This document shows, one piece after another, positions 1-9,232 of a stretch of 64,000 nt of DNA. The notes beneath the pieces were generated by a model. It was not told where the DNA came from. It saw only the letters and a list, made by a program, of their open reading frames with translations, and did no database searches. Position 1 is the stretch's first letter. Every line of letters begins with the position of its first letter. Origin of the DNA: Halorutilales archaeon Cl-col2-1 (GTDB lineage Archaea > Halobacteriota > Halobacteria > Halobacteriales > Afararchaeaceae); the NCBI GenBank assembly GCA_041891055.1, contig CP169074.1, forward strand, positions 1,760,001 to 1,824,000, in the 5' to 3' direction. The position numbers and the translations under genes were made by a program.

Positions 1-2
1 CC

Positions 3-377
3 GATTTCCGGGGTCTGTGTGACGGTCTCAGAGACGAAGACCCCGACCTCTTCGGGAAAGTCGTCGAAGCCGCGGGGATACAAGACACTACGGGATGGTG
101 TGATGGAGAAGTTGAGACGGCTTTCGACTCGCTCATACGACTTTTCAGCCCGTCTCTGACACGCGTCGTCTTCGAGTCCGAGAACCAGACCGTATTCGGG
201 CGTTATCCCGACGGACAGGTAATCTTCCGTCTCTCACAGAGAGAGGTGGAGTCGTTGCCCGCCGACGTCGACGTGAATCCGATATCAGAGACACGTGTCT
301 CGGGAGCTGAGGGCGACGGTATAAACCGGGGTGTCCTCCAGGCTCTTATGGAGGAGACGCCGTACGAACACGACTGA
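3..377 (+). CDS. Hypothetical acidic protein, C-terminal part (5' end outside window)
   Basis: Frame 3 is open from base 3 to TGA at 375-377 (DFRGLCDGLRDED...ETPYEHD*). Acidic composition; converges on tyrS. Confidence 0.6.
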   Translation, partial: DFRGLCDGLRDEDPDLFGKVVEAAGIQDTTGWCDGEVETAFDSLIRLFSPSLTRVVFESENQTVFGRYPDGQVIFRLSQREVESLPADVDVNPISETRVSGAEGDGINRGVLQALMEETPYEHD

Positions 378-379
378 GT

Positions 380-1351
380 CTAGTCTATCTTCTCGCGTCC
401 TTCCGATACGAGACGGTCGAGGTACTCGACGAGAGCTGTCTTGGCGTCCTGTGGATGTAGCTCACCTGACTCGAGATCCTCCGCGAGCCGGCTGTACTCG
501 GTGTATTCGAGGTTGCCGCCGTACTTCTCGGGACGTTCGACTACGACCTCGTCGAACCTCGGGAAGACGTGGTATCTGTAGATCTCGGCGACGGGGTTTC
601 CTTCGATCTCGGGCGGACAGTAGGCGCTCTGTACCTTCTCCTCGATCTCTTCGCGTGAGTCGTCCATCGCGATCAGATTACCTTTGCTCGAAGACATCTT
701 CTCGCCTCCGCCTTCGAGACCAGTGAGTATCGGCATATGTACAGCAGTCGGAGAGTCGTAGCCTATACTCGGAAGACCCTCACGCGCGAGCATATGTATC
801 TTCCTCTGGTCGATGCCTCCGACTGCGAGGTCGACGTCTAAGTGGGCGATGTCGACAGCCTGCATCAGTGGGTAGATCGCCTGGCTGACCTTGGGGTTGT
901 CTGCGTTCCTCGCGACCTCCGACATGCTTCTCTCCGCCCTGTTGAGCGTGGTGTCTACGGCGAGCGAGTAGACGTCTAAGACGTACTCCCTGTCGAACTG
1001 GAAGTCGCTTCCCATCACGAACTCGGTCTTGTCGGGGTCGAGACCGAATGCGATGAACTGTTCTTTCATCGACTCGGCTATCTCCTCTATCTCATCGAAA
1101 CTACCCTTCTCGTTGAGGTAGGCGTGGACGTCTGCGAGGAGAACCACGACGTCTATACCCGCTTCCTGGAGGTCGATGAGCTTGTTCGCCGTCAGCATAT
1201 GTCCGAGATGGAGCGCGCCGCTCGGCTCATAGCCGACGTAGGCTCTTCTTCCCTCGGTGTCCTCGGCAATCTCACGCGCCTCGTCGTCGGTCACGACCTC
1301 CTCGGTGTTCCGTGTGATGAGGTCGTACGGGTCGGCGTCTGTATTATCCAT
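380..1351 (-). CDS. tyrS: Tyrosine--tRNA ligase, archaeal type
   Basis: AYVGYEPSGALHLGH (HIGH motif), YPLMQAVD, GGIDQRKIHM, KMSSS; 323 aa. Confidence 0.95.
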   Translation of the reverse strand: MDNTDADPYDLITRNTEEVVTDDEAREIAEDTEGRRAYVGYEPSGALHLGHMLTANKLIDLQEAGIDVVVLLADVHAYLNEKGSFDEIEEIAESMKEQFIAFGLDPDKTEFVMGSDFQFDREYVLDVYSLAVDTTLNRAERSMSEVARNADNPKVSQAIYPLMQAVDIAHLDVDLAVGGIDQRKIHMLAREGLPSIGYDSPTAVHMPILTGLEGGGEKMSSSKGNLIAMDDSREEIEEKVQSAYCPPEIEGNPVAEIYRYHVFPRFDEVVVERPEKYGGNLEYTEYSRLAEDLESGELHPQDAKTALVEYLDRLVSEGREKID

Positions 1352-1462
1352 ACTCGAAATCAGTCTCGGGGTTAAAAAACAGTTTCACCTTCCTCGCGCC
1401 ACGCCGCGGTACGGTAATGTAAAGAAACGTTTATCGCTCCACTGGGATTAAGGTACAACTAC

Positions 1463-1756
1463 ATGGCAGACACTGTCACGGTCACGGTCGACGTACGTCT
1501 CTTCGCTGATCTAGCCGAGGTAGTCGGGGAGGACAAGACGGAGCTAAGAGTTGAGTCAGAGTCGTCGAAGGTAACTGTGGGGGAAGCCGTAGACTCACTC
1601 GTGTCTGAGTACCCCGACCTCGAAGACAGGATACTCGACTCCGAAGGTATACGTGGACACATAAATCTCTTAGTCAACGGCGATGACGCCGGAGCACAGA
1701 CGCCCGTCGAAGACGGCGACGAACTCGGGGTCTTTCCTCCCGTGAGCGGCGGCTGA
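1463..1756 (+). CDS. Ubiquitin-like small archaeal modifier / MoaD-ThiS family (SAMP1-like)
   Basis: VRLFADLAE...INLLVNG...FPPVSGG with C-terminal di-Gly. Confidence 0.9.
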   Translation: MADTVTVTVDVRLFADLAEVVGEDKTELRVESESSKVTVGEAVDSLVSEYPDLEDRILDSEGIRGHINLLVNGDDAGAQTPVEDGDELGVFPPVSGG

Positions 1757-1757
1757 G

Positions 1758-2756
1758 TTATACGCCCACAGTCGCGCGGAGGAAGTCACGTGACCCGGGT
1801 CCTAAGCCGACCATCAGAACCGCGACGAGGAGTATGTACGACAGGCGCTTGAACTCCTCGAACGACTTCTCGTCGAAGAGATAGAGGACGACGAGAACTG
1901 CGACAGCCTTTACGAGTATGAATGTGTAGGTCGTACCCGAGGTCTGTATTATAGCCTGTACGACGGGGTGTTTCTGGCTGTATCCGAGGTATTCTATCCC
2001 TATCGTTGTCGCCGATCCGTCGACGAGATGTCCCCAGAGTATGACCGCTCCCATCTTACCCGTACCCTCGTTTATAGACGGAGCGAAGGTCTTGATCCCG
2101 TACCAGACTACCGTCCAGATCGCAGTTGCCATCCCGAAGGTCGCGAACGGAACCCAAGGCACGAGTGTGCCGTTAGAGACGCCGAACCAGACGAGGAACG
2201 AGAGGAGTCCGACGAGCCAGACTACGCCGAGAGCCGCAAGAGGCTTCGTGTAGGAGTCGACATATCCCGATCTTTCGAGACGCAGGGAGACAAAGAGGAA
2301 GAGTACGACGACCGCGAACATCACGAAGTAGATGATCGGAGAGATCACGAAGAAGTTTATGGGCCAGTCTAGTACGCCCGTGTCCTCGACGACACGGAAG
2401 GCTCCTCCGACGAATGCGTACGGGAAGAGAGCGTAGAAGAAGCTGTCGGAGGTCGCTATCTCCCATCTCCTGACGAGACGCACGACACCGAAAGCCGCGA
2501 CACCGAGACTGTAGGCGTATCCTGCCTCGCTCACGAGTGTGTATCCCGGATACGCAGTCACTCCGTTACGTGTTATGCTCGACTGACCTAATGCGTCCGC
2601 CCTCACGGGACCGTAGAAGTACTTCCAGATGAACCTGTCGTAGAACAAGTCGGGAGCGACTACGAGACCCACAGCTAAGATACCCGCGGGGACTGCTACC
2701 GCGAGTGTCCAGAGGCTCGGGACTGAGAGGGAACGTGGTTCGGACTCGGAGGACAT
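1758..2756 (-). CDS. DUF63-like archaeal multi-pass membrane protein
   Basis: Multiple TM segments; FIWKYFYGPV, RVVED, GHLVDG, GLGPGSRD motifs. Confidence 0.7.
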   Translation of the reverse strand: MSSESEPRSLSVPSLWTLAVAVPAGILAVGLVVAPDLFYDRFIWKYFYGPVRADALGQSSITRNGVTAYPGYTLVSEAGYAYSLGVAAFGVVRLVRRWEIATSDSFFYALFPYAFVGGAFRVVEDTGVLDWPINFFVISPIIYFVMFAVVVLFLFVSLRLERSGYVDSYTKPLAALGVVWLVGLLSFLVWFGVSNGTLVPWVPFATFGMATAIWTVVWYGIKTFAPSINEGTGKMGAVILWGHLVDGSATTIGIEYLGYSQKHPVVQAIIQTSGTTYTFILVKAVAVLVVLYLFDEKSFEEFKRLSYILLVAVLMVGLGPGSRDFLRATVGV

Positions 2757-2800
2757 TGTAGTGCTTAGGATACGTGTACCTCTGTTGTATAGTGCTTACG

Positions 2801-4261
2801 TTAGTCATTACACGAGTACTCGCCGAGCTTACGGCGTAGGATCGGCTCGGGCTCGCCGAAGCGCGTCGGCTGTTCGACGTAGTAGACGGTGACATTTCTG
2901 AGCCGGGTCTCGGTCGCGCGCCCGTCCCATCTCTCACAGACGTAGCCGCCGAAGTAGGGACGCAGGTCAGCGTACTCACGCCTCTGGAGGTCGACGAGAT
3001 AGACCATCCATCTGTGGCTCGGATAGGTCGAGTCGACGTCGGGCGGCTTTTCGAAGCTCTCCGAGACGGGGAAGGCGTTAACCGTCTCAGGTTCAAGGGA
3101 CTCCGATCCTGACGCTGATCCTGACACCGAACCACGGACGACGTACCAGCCGTCCGACTCCGGCGGTTTGGCGAACATGTCCCAAGCGCGTTTCTCGGGA
3201 TCGACGGGAGAGTCCTCGGAGACGTCGACGTATCCTAGGGACGCGGCGTTCCAGAATACGAGGAAGCCGATGAGCACAACTACGACTGCCGACGCCGGAC
3301 GCAGCCGTGACTTCACGACGCCGTGTCCCGTCTCCGAGGCGACTGACACGTCAGTACCTATCCTTTCAGAGACGTGGTTCCAGAACGAAGTCGGAACGAA
3401 GGGTATCAGTCCGGCTATCGATATCAGAGGGAAGAGACCGAGATTGAGACTCCCCAACATTCCGAGGTGTGCGAGAACGAAGACTGAGACGAGGAGTCCG
3501 CGTCTGCGCCCTTTGAGTACCAGGAGGAGGGGTGACGAGACGACCAAGCCGAGCCAGAAGTAATCGGTGACTCCAAGGAGACCGATATCGGGATGTTGTG
3601 CGAGTACCTCTCCGACCCCGACTGTGAGACGGTCTATGCTGAAGACGTACCGCCCGGCGTCGCCTCCCATCCATACGTCGTTCCTGAGCTTGAAGACGGC
3701 GTTGACCGAGTAGATTACGACGACCTGTATCAGAACTGCGGCTGTCGCGGGGGTGGCTATACGTGTCGGGACTTCTCTCTCACGCCGCGACGAGTCGACC
3801 GACCATACCCCTCCGAGAGGCAGGAAGAGGCTCCAGATGAGGAGTCTTCTCAGAACCGAGTCGCCGCCGTTGAGTACCACGGGGTTCCTCATCTGTAACG
3901 AGACGAGTAGGACGACTGTGACGAGGGCTGCGAGACGTGTCGCGTGTCCGATAGCTAGAAGGATCGCCGCGACGCCCGCAACGACGAAGAGAGCCGCGAC
4001 GAACCACGTCTCACCCGAGACGGCGTGGAGGGGGAGCTGAGAGAAGACGGGGCTGAAATCCCTGAGAGCCGAACGAGGGAAGACACCCGAGTCGGTGTAA
4101 TGGGCGACGAGATCGCGTGAACGGAGTACGAGGTCGGCTACCACGAGCAGACCCAGGCTGAGACGTAGAGCCGCAAGTGATCTGACATCGACCGAGAGAC
4201 GTCTCTCTACCCCGGATCTGACAGTTTTCCAATCGAAACCGAAGTCGAAATCGACTTTCAT
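2801..4261 (-). CDS. HTTM-domain membrane protein
   Basis: DVRSLAALR, YTDSGVFPR, RNPVVLNGGD, WSLFLPLG..WSVD. Confidence 0.8.
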   Translation of the reverse strand: MKVDFDFGFDWKTVRSGVERRLSVDVRSLAALRLSLGLLVVADLVLRSRDLVAHYTDSGVFPRSALRDFSPVFSQLPLHAVSGETWFVAALFVVAGVAAILLAIGHATRLAALVTVVLLVSLQMRNPVVLNGGDSVLRRLLIWSLFLPLGGVWSVDSSRREREVPTRIATPATAAVLIQVVVIYSVNAVFKLRNDVWMGGDAGRYVFSIDRLTVGVGEVLAQHPDIGLLGVTDYFWLGLVVSSPLLLVLKGRRRGLLVSVFVLAHLGMLGSLNLGLFPLISIAGLIPFVPTSFWNHVSERIGTDVSVASETGHGVVKSRLRPASAVVVVLIGFLVFWNAASLGYVDVSEDSPVDPEKRAWDMFAKPPESDGWYVVRGSVSGSASGSESLEPETVNAFPVSESFEKPPDVDSTYPSHRWMVYLVDLQRREYADLRPYFGGYVCERWDGRATETRLRNVTVYYVEQPTRFGEPEPILRRKLGEYSCND

Positions 4262-4349
4262 CCGTCTCGGTTCTTATCTCTCAGTTTCGTCACATAAACT
4301 CTGGTGTGAGACACGAGTCTTTTATACGCGCCCGCCGTCTCTCCCGTAG

Positions 4350-5159
4350 ATGCTGACTTCACGAGTGATTCCGTGTCTCGACGTCACAATAGAGGACGGA
4401 GAGCCGAATGTCGTCAAGGGCGAGCAGTTCGAGGAGCTGAGGTACGCGGGCGATCCCGTCGAGTTAGCGAAGAAATACAACCGACAGGGAGCCGACGAGC
4501 TAGTCTTCTTAGACATAACAGCGAGCTCCGAGGGACGTGACACTATGCTCGATGTCGTGAGAAGGACTGCGGACGAGGTCTTCATACCCCTCACGGTCGG
4601 CGGAGGCATCTCGTCGGTCGAGGACATAAAGGAGACACTCAGGGCGGGAGCCGACAAGACGAGCATGAACACGGGCGCGATAAAGAACCCCGACGTCGTC
4701 GACGAGGGTGCCGAGAAGTTCGGGTCACAGTGTATAGTCGTCGCGATAGACGCACGACGCAACACGAGCGACGAGGGTGAGTACTACTTCGAGGTCGACG
4801 GGGACGAGGTCTGGTTCGAAGCAGTAATATACGGCGGAAGTGAGCCCACCGGAATCGACGCCGTCTCTTGGGCACAGGAGGTTGAGGAACGAGGAGCGGG
4901 GGAGATACTCCTCACGAGCATGTACGGCGATGGAACCAAGGACGGCTATGACATACCTCTAACGAGAGCGGTGAGCCAGAACGTTTCTATACCTGTCATA
5001 GCGAGCGGCGGAGCCGGAGAACCCAAACACATGGTCGAGGCGTTTACCGACGGGAGCGCGGACGCCGCCCTCGCCGCCTCTATATTCCATTTCGACGAGT
5101 ACACGGTCGAAGAGGTGAAGGAGTACCTCGACGACTCGGGTATAAACGTCCGTCTGTAA
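4350..5159 (+). CDS. hisF: Imidazole glycerol phosphate synthase cyclase subunit
   Basis: [48 protein letters not shown]. Confidence 0.97.
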   Translation: MLTSRVIPCLDVTIEDGEPNVVKGEQFEELRYAGDPVELAKKYNRQGADELVFLDITASSEGRDTMLDVVRRTADEVFIPLTVGGGISSVEDIKETLRAGADKTSMNTGAIKNPDVVDEGAEKFGSQCIVVAIDARRNTSDEGEYYFEVDGDEVWFEAVIYGGSEPTGIDAVSWAQEVEERGAGEILLTSMYGDGTKDGYDIPLTRAVSQNVSIPVIASGGAGEPKHMVEAFTDGSADAALAASIFHFDEYTVEEVKEYLDDSGINVRL

Positions 5160-5185
5160 TCGACAGGAAAGATATGTTCTTATGA

Positions 5186-5326
5186 CTACGCTCCTCTGCT
5201 AGCTTCGGTGTCCATGCCTCTACTCCTCTCACACTCGGGACAGGCGTAGACCTCGTCCTGGTTGTTTCCGAACACCCTGGAGTAGCTATCGCTGACGTAA
5301 GACCCGCATGTCTTGCACTCTGCCAT
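5186..5326 (-). CDS. Small CPxCG-related zinc-finger protein (46 aa, absent from ORF track)
   Basis: Manual translation MAECKTCGSYVSDSYSRVFGNNQDEVYACPECERSRGMDTEASRGA; two CxxC knuckles; TATA-like box upstream. Confidence 0.8.
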   Translation of the reverse strand: MAECKTCGSYVSDSYSRVFGNNQDEVYACPECERSRGMDTEASRGA

Positions 5327-5388
5327 AGAAGATCCTTGTTCGAGATTTATCGCGTCGTTTTAAAAAGACTGTGGTTCTTAGCCACGGA

Positions 5389-5952
5389 TCAGTCTCTCCT
5401 GCGTACCTCATCTATCACGGATCGTATCTCGTCACGGAACTCTTCGAGACTAGACGTGTTCTCGACAGTGACCTCGGCGTTCTCGATAGCCTCGTCCATA
5501 CCGTAGCCTATCTCCCTCTCGTCTCTCTGTCTGAGATCGTCTGCTTCGGTGACGTCGTCCGAACGTCCCCTCTCACGTATACGTCCGAGACGCGTCTCGA
5601 AGGGTGCCTCGATAGCTACGAGGATGAAGTCATCTCCGAACTCGTCACGGAACCTCTCGGCTTCCGCCCATCCTCTCAAGCCGTCGACTAAGACGACTTG
5701 GATGTCACCGTCTTCGAGCTCTGACTCTATGAGGTCGACACATCTCTCGGCGACAGCGTCTTCTCCTTCTTCCTCCCTGAGACTCGTTGCGACCTGACCG
5801 AGACTCTCGTCGGTCTCGTCTGCGTCCCTCTTCTCGGCTTCTCGGCGTATGACATCTCCCATCGTCACGACGGGAATACCCATCTCTTCGGCTACCTCCG
5901 CTGCCTCACTCTTGCCGCTTCCCGGCATACCCACCGTACCTATGACACGCAT
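5389..5952 (-). CDS. P-loop nucleotide kinase (UPF0200 / dephospho-CoA-kinase-like)
   Basis: Start re-called at MRVIGTVGMPGSGKS (Walker A); DGLR, RGRSDD, RDERE motifs. Confidence 0.8.
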   Translation of the reverse strand: MRVIGTVGMPGSGKSEAAEVAEEMGIPVVTMGDVIRREAEKRDADETDESLGQVATSLREEEGEDAVAERCVDLIESELEDGDIQVVLVDGLRGWAEAERFRDEFGDDFILVAIEAPFETRLGRIRERGRSDDVTEADDLRQRDEREIGYGMDEAIENAEVTVENTSSLEEFRDEIRSVIDEVRRRD

Positions 5953-6347
5953 ACTCGCGTCTATTCGCGCACCCCGTATCTGAGTACCGGTTCGCTCTGG
6001 CACAATCCGAAATCTTTTTACATAAGTGCTACTAAGAATGTAGTAGCACCGGTTGATTACCCCCCTTCCCCCACCATACATCAAACCGGTGTCACCCCTT
6101 ACCCCCCACCCCACCAGTACAGTACTCGTTTTCTATTTCCCCCTTATACGTAGTACAGGAGAATACCTGACTCCTTCAGGGTCAGGATGAATCCGTTCTC
6201 GAAGTTACCACTTCGAGGGCTGTTGAGCTTCGCTCAACAACGTTAAACTACTCACCAAATCATTCTAATAGACACAAACGGATATTCAACGAAGCTCATA
6301 TTCAAGTAAGATTTAATAATATACATATACAATAACTACGTGTAGTC

Positions 6348-7646
6348 ATGGAGACCAACCTAACGATAACAGCCGAGATACTAAATCACTCTCAAGTAGA
6401 GAGTGATTTAGACAGGCATGGTTGGTCTGCCTCGAAACTATGGAATATTGCCAGATACTACACTAGAGAAGTCTGGGAAAAGACAGGAGAGATCCCTGAG
6501 GAAGATACGTTGAAGACCGAGTTGAAAGAACACGAAAGATACGAGGACTTACACAGTCAGTCCAGTCAGAAAGTTCTAGAAGAGCTTTCTGAGGCGTACC
6601 AGTCTTGGTACGGCTCCGACGACGACAGGGATAATCCTCCTGGCTACCGCAAACGTTGGTACTACGACGGCTCAGGTAATCTAGTCCACGAAGAACATCC
6701 TAGGAGTACGGTCACATGGAAGAATCGTGGCATAAGACACGATTCTGACAATAACAGAGTACGTCTCTCTAAAGGCAAGAATCACAAACAAGTAGAAGAA
6801 CGTAGCGACTTCATCCTCATAGAGTACGACTTACACAGACCATACAACGAGATAGACGGAAGTATACAGCAGGTTCGTGCTGTATACGACGAAAAGGAAG
6901 AAAAGTGGGAGTTACACCTAGTCGTACAGAAAGAGATAGAAGTAGAAGACTCAGGAGAAGAGACTGTAGGGATCGATCTAGGTATCAGTAACTTCGCTGC
7001 GCTCTCGTTCGAGAACGGCGATACCGTTCTTTACCCCGGCAACGAACTCAGCCAGAACAACTACTACTTCGAGAAAGAGAAGGCTAAACTCGATAAGTCG
7101 GACGGTAGAGAACGTACTCGTCTAGATCATCTACAGTCAGAGAGACGTAGACACTTCCTCCATTCGTTGTCTAAGCATATCGTAGAGGAGTGTAAGAAGA
7201 GAGACGTTGGAAAGATCGCCGTAGGCGATCTTGAGGACATTCGTCAGGACGACGATGGAGAAGCCAGAAACTGGAGAGACTCAGGTAATTTAAACCTGCA
7301 CAAGTGGGCGTTCGACCGCTTTACCGGGATGCTAGAGTACAAGGCGAGGCTGAGTGGTATTGAGCTAGAGAGGATAGACGAAGAGAACACGTCGAAGACG
7401 TGTTGTGTCTGTGGTAAGCTCGATGGTGACCAGAGAGTCGAACGTGGTCTGTACGTCTGTGATGACTGTGATACGGTAGCTAACTCAGACGTTAACGGAG
7501 CTGAAAACATAAGACAGAAGTCTGAAGGTAACTCCGAGTCTTCTTGCTTTGATCAAGAAGATAGGAGTATCGGTTGTTTGGCACAACCTGGAGTCTACCT
7601 GTATGATCGGTCTTGCGGATTCGAACCGCAAGAAGCCGTTGGGTAG
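6348..7646 (+). CDS. tnpB: RNA-guided endonuclease TnpB
   Basis: SKLWN helix, GIDLG (RuvC-I), TSKTCCVCG...CDDC zinc finger, NSDVNGAENI (RuvC-III). Confidence 0.93.
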   Translation: METNLTITAEILNHSQVESDLDRHGWSASKLWNIARYYTREVWEKTGEIPEEDTLKTELKEHERYEDLHSQSSQKVLEELSEAYQSWYGSDDDRDNPPGYRKRWYYDGSGNLVHEEHPRSTVTWKNRGIRHDSDNNRVRLSKGKNHKQVEERSDFILIEYDLHRPYNEIDGSIQQVRAVYDEKEEKWELHLVVQKEIEVEDSGEETVGIDLGISNFAALSFENGDTVLYPGNELSQNNYYFEKEKAKLDKSDGRERTRLDHLQSERRRHFLHSLSKHIVEECKKRDVGKIAVGDLEDIRQDDDGEARNWRDSGNLNLHKWAFDRFTGMLEYKARLSGIELERIDEENTSKTCCVCGKLDGDQRVERGLYVCDDCDTVANSDVNGAENIRQKSEGNSESSCFDQEDRSIGCLAQPGVYLYDRSCGFEPQEAVG

Positions 7647-7684
7647 GCTTCAAACCTTAATATCCCAACTGGGATTCACCCCGT

Positions 7685-7777
7685 TCGTGAATCTTTGATT
7701 CACGAGCATGCTGAGGGAACCTCAGCATACGTCTCCAGATCTTTGATCTGGATGGCTAACGAATTCGAAGAATTCGT
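7685..7777. repeat. Cassette of four perfect 8-9 bp triloop palindromes inside the IS right end
   Basis: TCGTGAATC-ttt-GATTCACGA; ATGCTGAGG-gaa-CCTCAGCAT; TCCAGATC-ttt-GATCTGGA; ACGAATTC-gaa-GAATTCGT. Confidence 0.9.
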
Positions 7778-7801
7778 ACCGCCTTCAGGCGGGTGAGGAT
7801 G

Positions 7802-9232
7802 TCAAGATATAAGAGATATGACTCTAACTCCGTCCTTAGATAGTAGACTGCTTATCTTAGAAGATGCTTTTACTACTCTGTCCGCGGACTCTTCAGCGAA
7901 TACGTCAGGATCACATGACTCTATCAGAGATGGTAGTTTTTCGACGCCGGTTACTCTCTGACCTCCCGTGAGGTTCGAGACTCCGTCGTTGAGTATCACA
8001 ACGAGGATGTCCTCATCTCTCTCAGACGCCTCCAAGAGACCCTGTATACCCGAGTGAATGAATGCGGTGTCTCCGACGAAAGCTACGGCATCCTCGGGAT
8101 GTCCGGACGCGAGGCTTATCGCAGATCCGAGCGCCGAAGCACCGTCGGCGAACTCGAACGGAGGACGTCCCGTGAGTGCTACCGAGCCTATGTCGACCGC
8201 GACGAAGACGTCCAGAAGATCATCGACGACACCCTTGTAGATCTCGTAGAAAGGATTCGACTCAGGTAGGGGACGTCCGCTTTTCTCTATATCTGGGCTG
8301 ACGGGTGAGGGGTCGGTGAAAGCAGTCTCGATACCTCTCTCCACGGCTTCCTCGGTCAGTCTTCCGTACCGCGGCAGGTGTCCAGTCTCCTTACCCACCA
8401 CGTTTTGGGTGTCGAGGAAATTTTCTATCAGAGGATCACCGTCTTCCACTACGAGGACTCTGTCGTGTCTCCCGACGAAACGTTCCGCCTCGGACGGTAC
8501 TGGATACGAGTATCCGAGCGAGAGATGTGAGACGTCGTCGGGAACCACCTCCGAGGCGTCGCCACACGACAGTACGCCGAGGTCAGTACCCCCGTCTCTC
8601 AGACTGTGTAGATCCGAACTGTCGACGTACCTCCGTATCTCGGGACGTATCTCTTCCTCGAAGACCTTTCTGCGTCTGACTACGGGACCTTTCCACGCCC
8701 TCTGTCTGTCGAACTCGCCCGTTTCTTCTATTCTGTCGAATCTCAGTCTCTCGACTGCAGTCTCAGATTCGAGAAGACGCGAGGTCACGCGTACTATACA
8801 CGGCACACCTACGTCTTCTGAGAGTCTCAGACCCTCCTCGACTGACTCGAGTAATCCGTCTACTCCTGAGGGAGTCAGAACCGGAACCCGCGCCTTGAAA
8901 CCTAACGAGCGTGAGTCTCCCTCGTCCTGTGACTTGACAGCTCCGGGATCGTCGCCCGCGATGACTAAGACACCGCCGCCCGTCCCGAAGGTGGCTGAGC
9001 TCGCGAGGGGGTCGAGTGCGACGTTGACACCCACGTGTTTGGCTATGAGACAGCCCCTCTCGCCAGCGAACGACCTTCCTATGGCTTTCTCTACCCCCAC
9101 CATCTCGTTTGGAACCACGTCGGAATCGGTCTCCTCGACCAGATCCGTGACAGGATATCCCACGACTCCCGCCGTGTATACGTCGTTTTTCTTGAGACAA
9201 CGCGCGACCGCTTCAGCGCCGCTTATCCTCAT
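7802..9232 (-). CDS. TPP-dependent enzyme related to indolepyruvate:ferredoxin oxidoreductase alpha subunit, lacking Fe-S motifs (candidate 2-oxoacid decarboxylase)
   Basis: SGAEAVAR, GYP, NEMVG, KHVGVNVALD, GDDPG..SQ.EGDSR (IorA-like) and TPP motif GDTAFIHSG...VVILND; no ferredoxin domain. Confidence 0.8.
   Translation of the reverse strand: MRISGAEAVARCLKKNDVYTAGVVGYPVTDLVEETDSDVVPNEMVGVEKAIGRSFAGERGCLIAKHVGVNVALDPLASSATFGTGGGVLVIAGDDPGAVKSQDEGDSRSLGFKARVPVLTPSGVDGLLESVEEGLRLSEDVGVPCIVRVTSRLLESETAVERLRFDRIEETGEFDRQRAWKGPVVRRRKVFEEEIRPEIRRYVDSSDLHSLRDGGTDLGVLSCGDASEVVPDDVSHLSLGYSYPVPSEAERFVGRHDRVLVVEDGDPLIENFLDTQNVVGKETGHLPRYGRLTEEAVERGIETAFTDPSPVSPDIEKSGRPLPESNPFYEIYKGVVDDLLDVFVAVDIGSVALTGRPPFEFADGASALGSAISLASGHPEDAVAFVGDTAFIHSGIQGLLEASERDEDILVVILNDGVSNLTGGQRVTGVEKLPSLIESCDPDVFAEESADRVVKASSKISSLLSKDGVRVISLIS

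Larger units (their letters stand above)
6157..7805 (+). mobile_element. IS200/IS605-family element, tnpB-only (IS1341-like)
   Basis: Subterminal left hairpin CCTGAC..GTCAGG (6166-6186), tnpB, right end CCGCCTTCAGGCGGGTGAGGATGTCAA; no tnpA. Ends are approximate. Confidence 0.85.
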
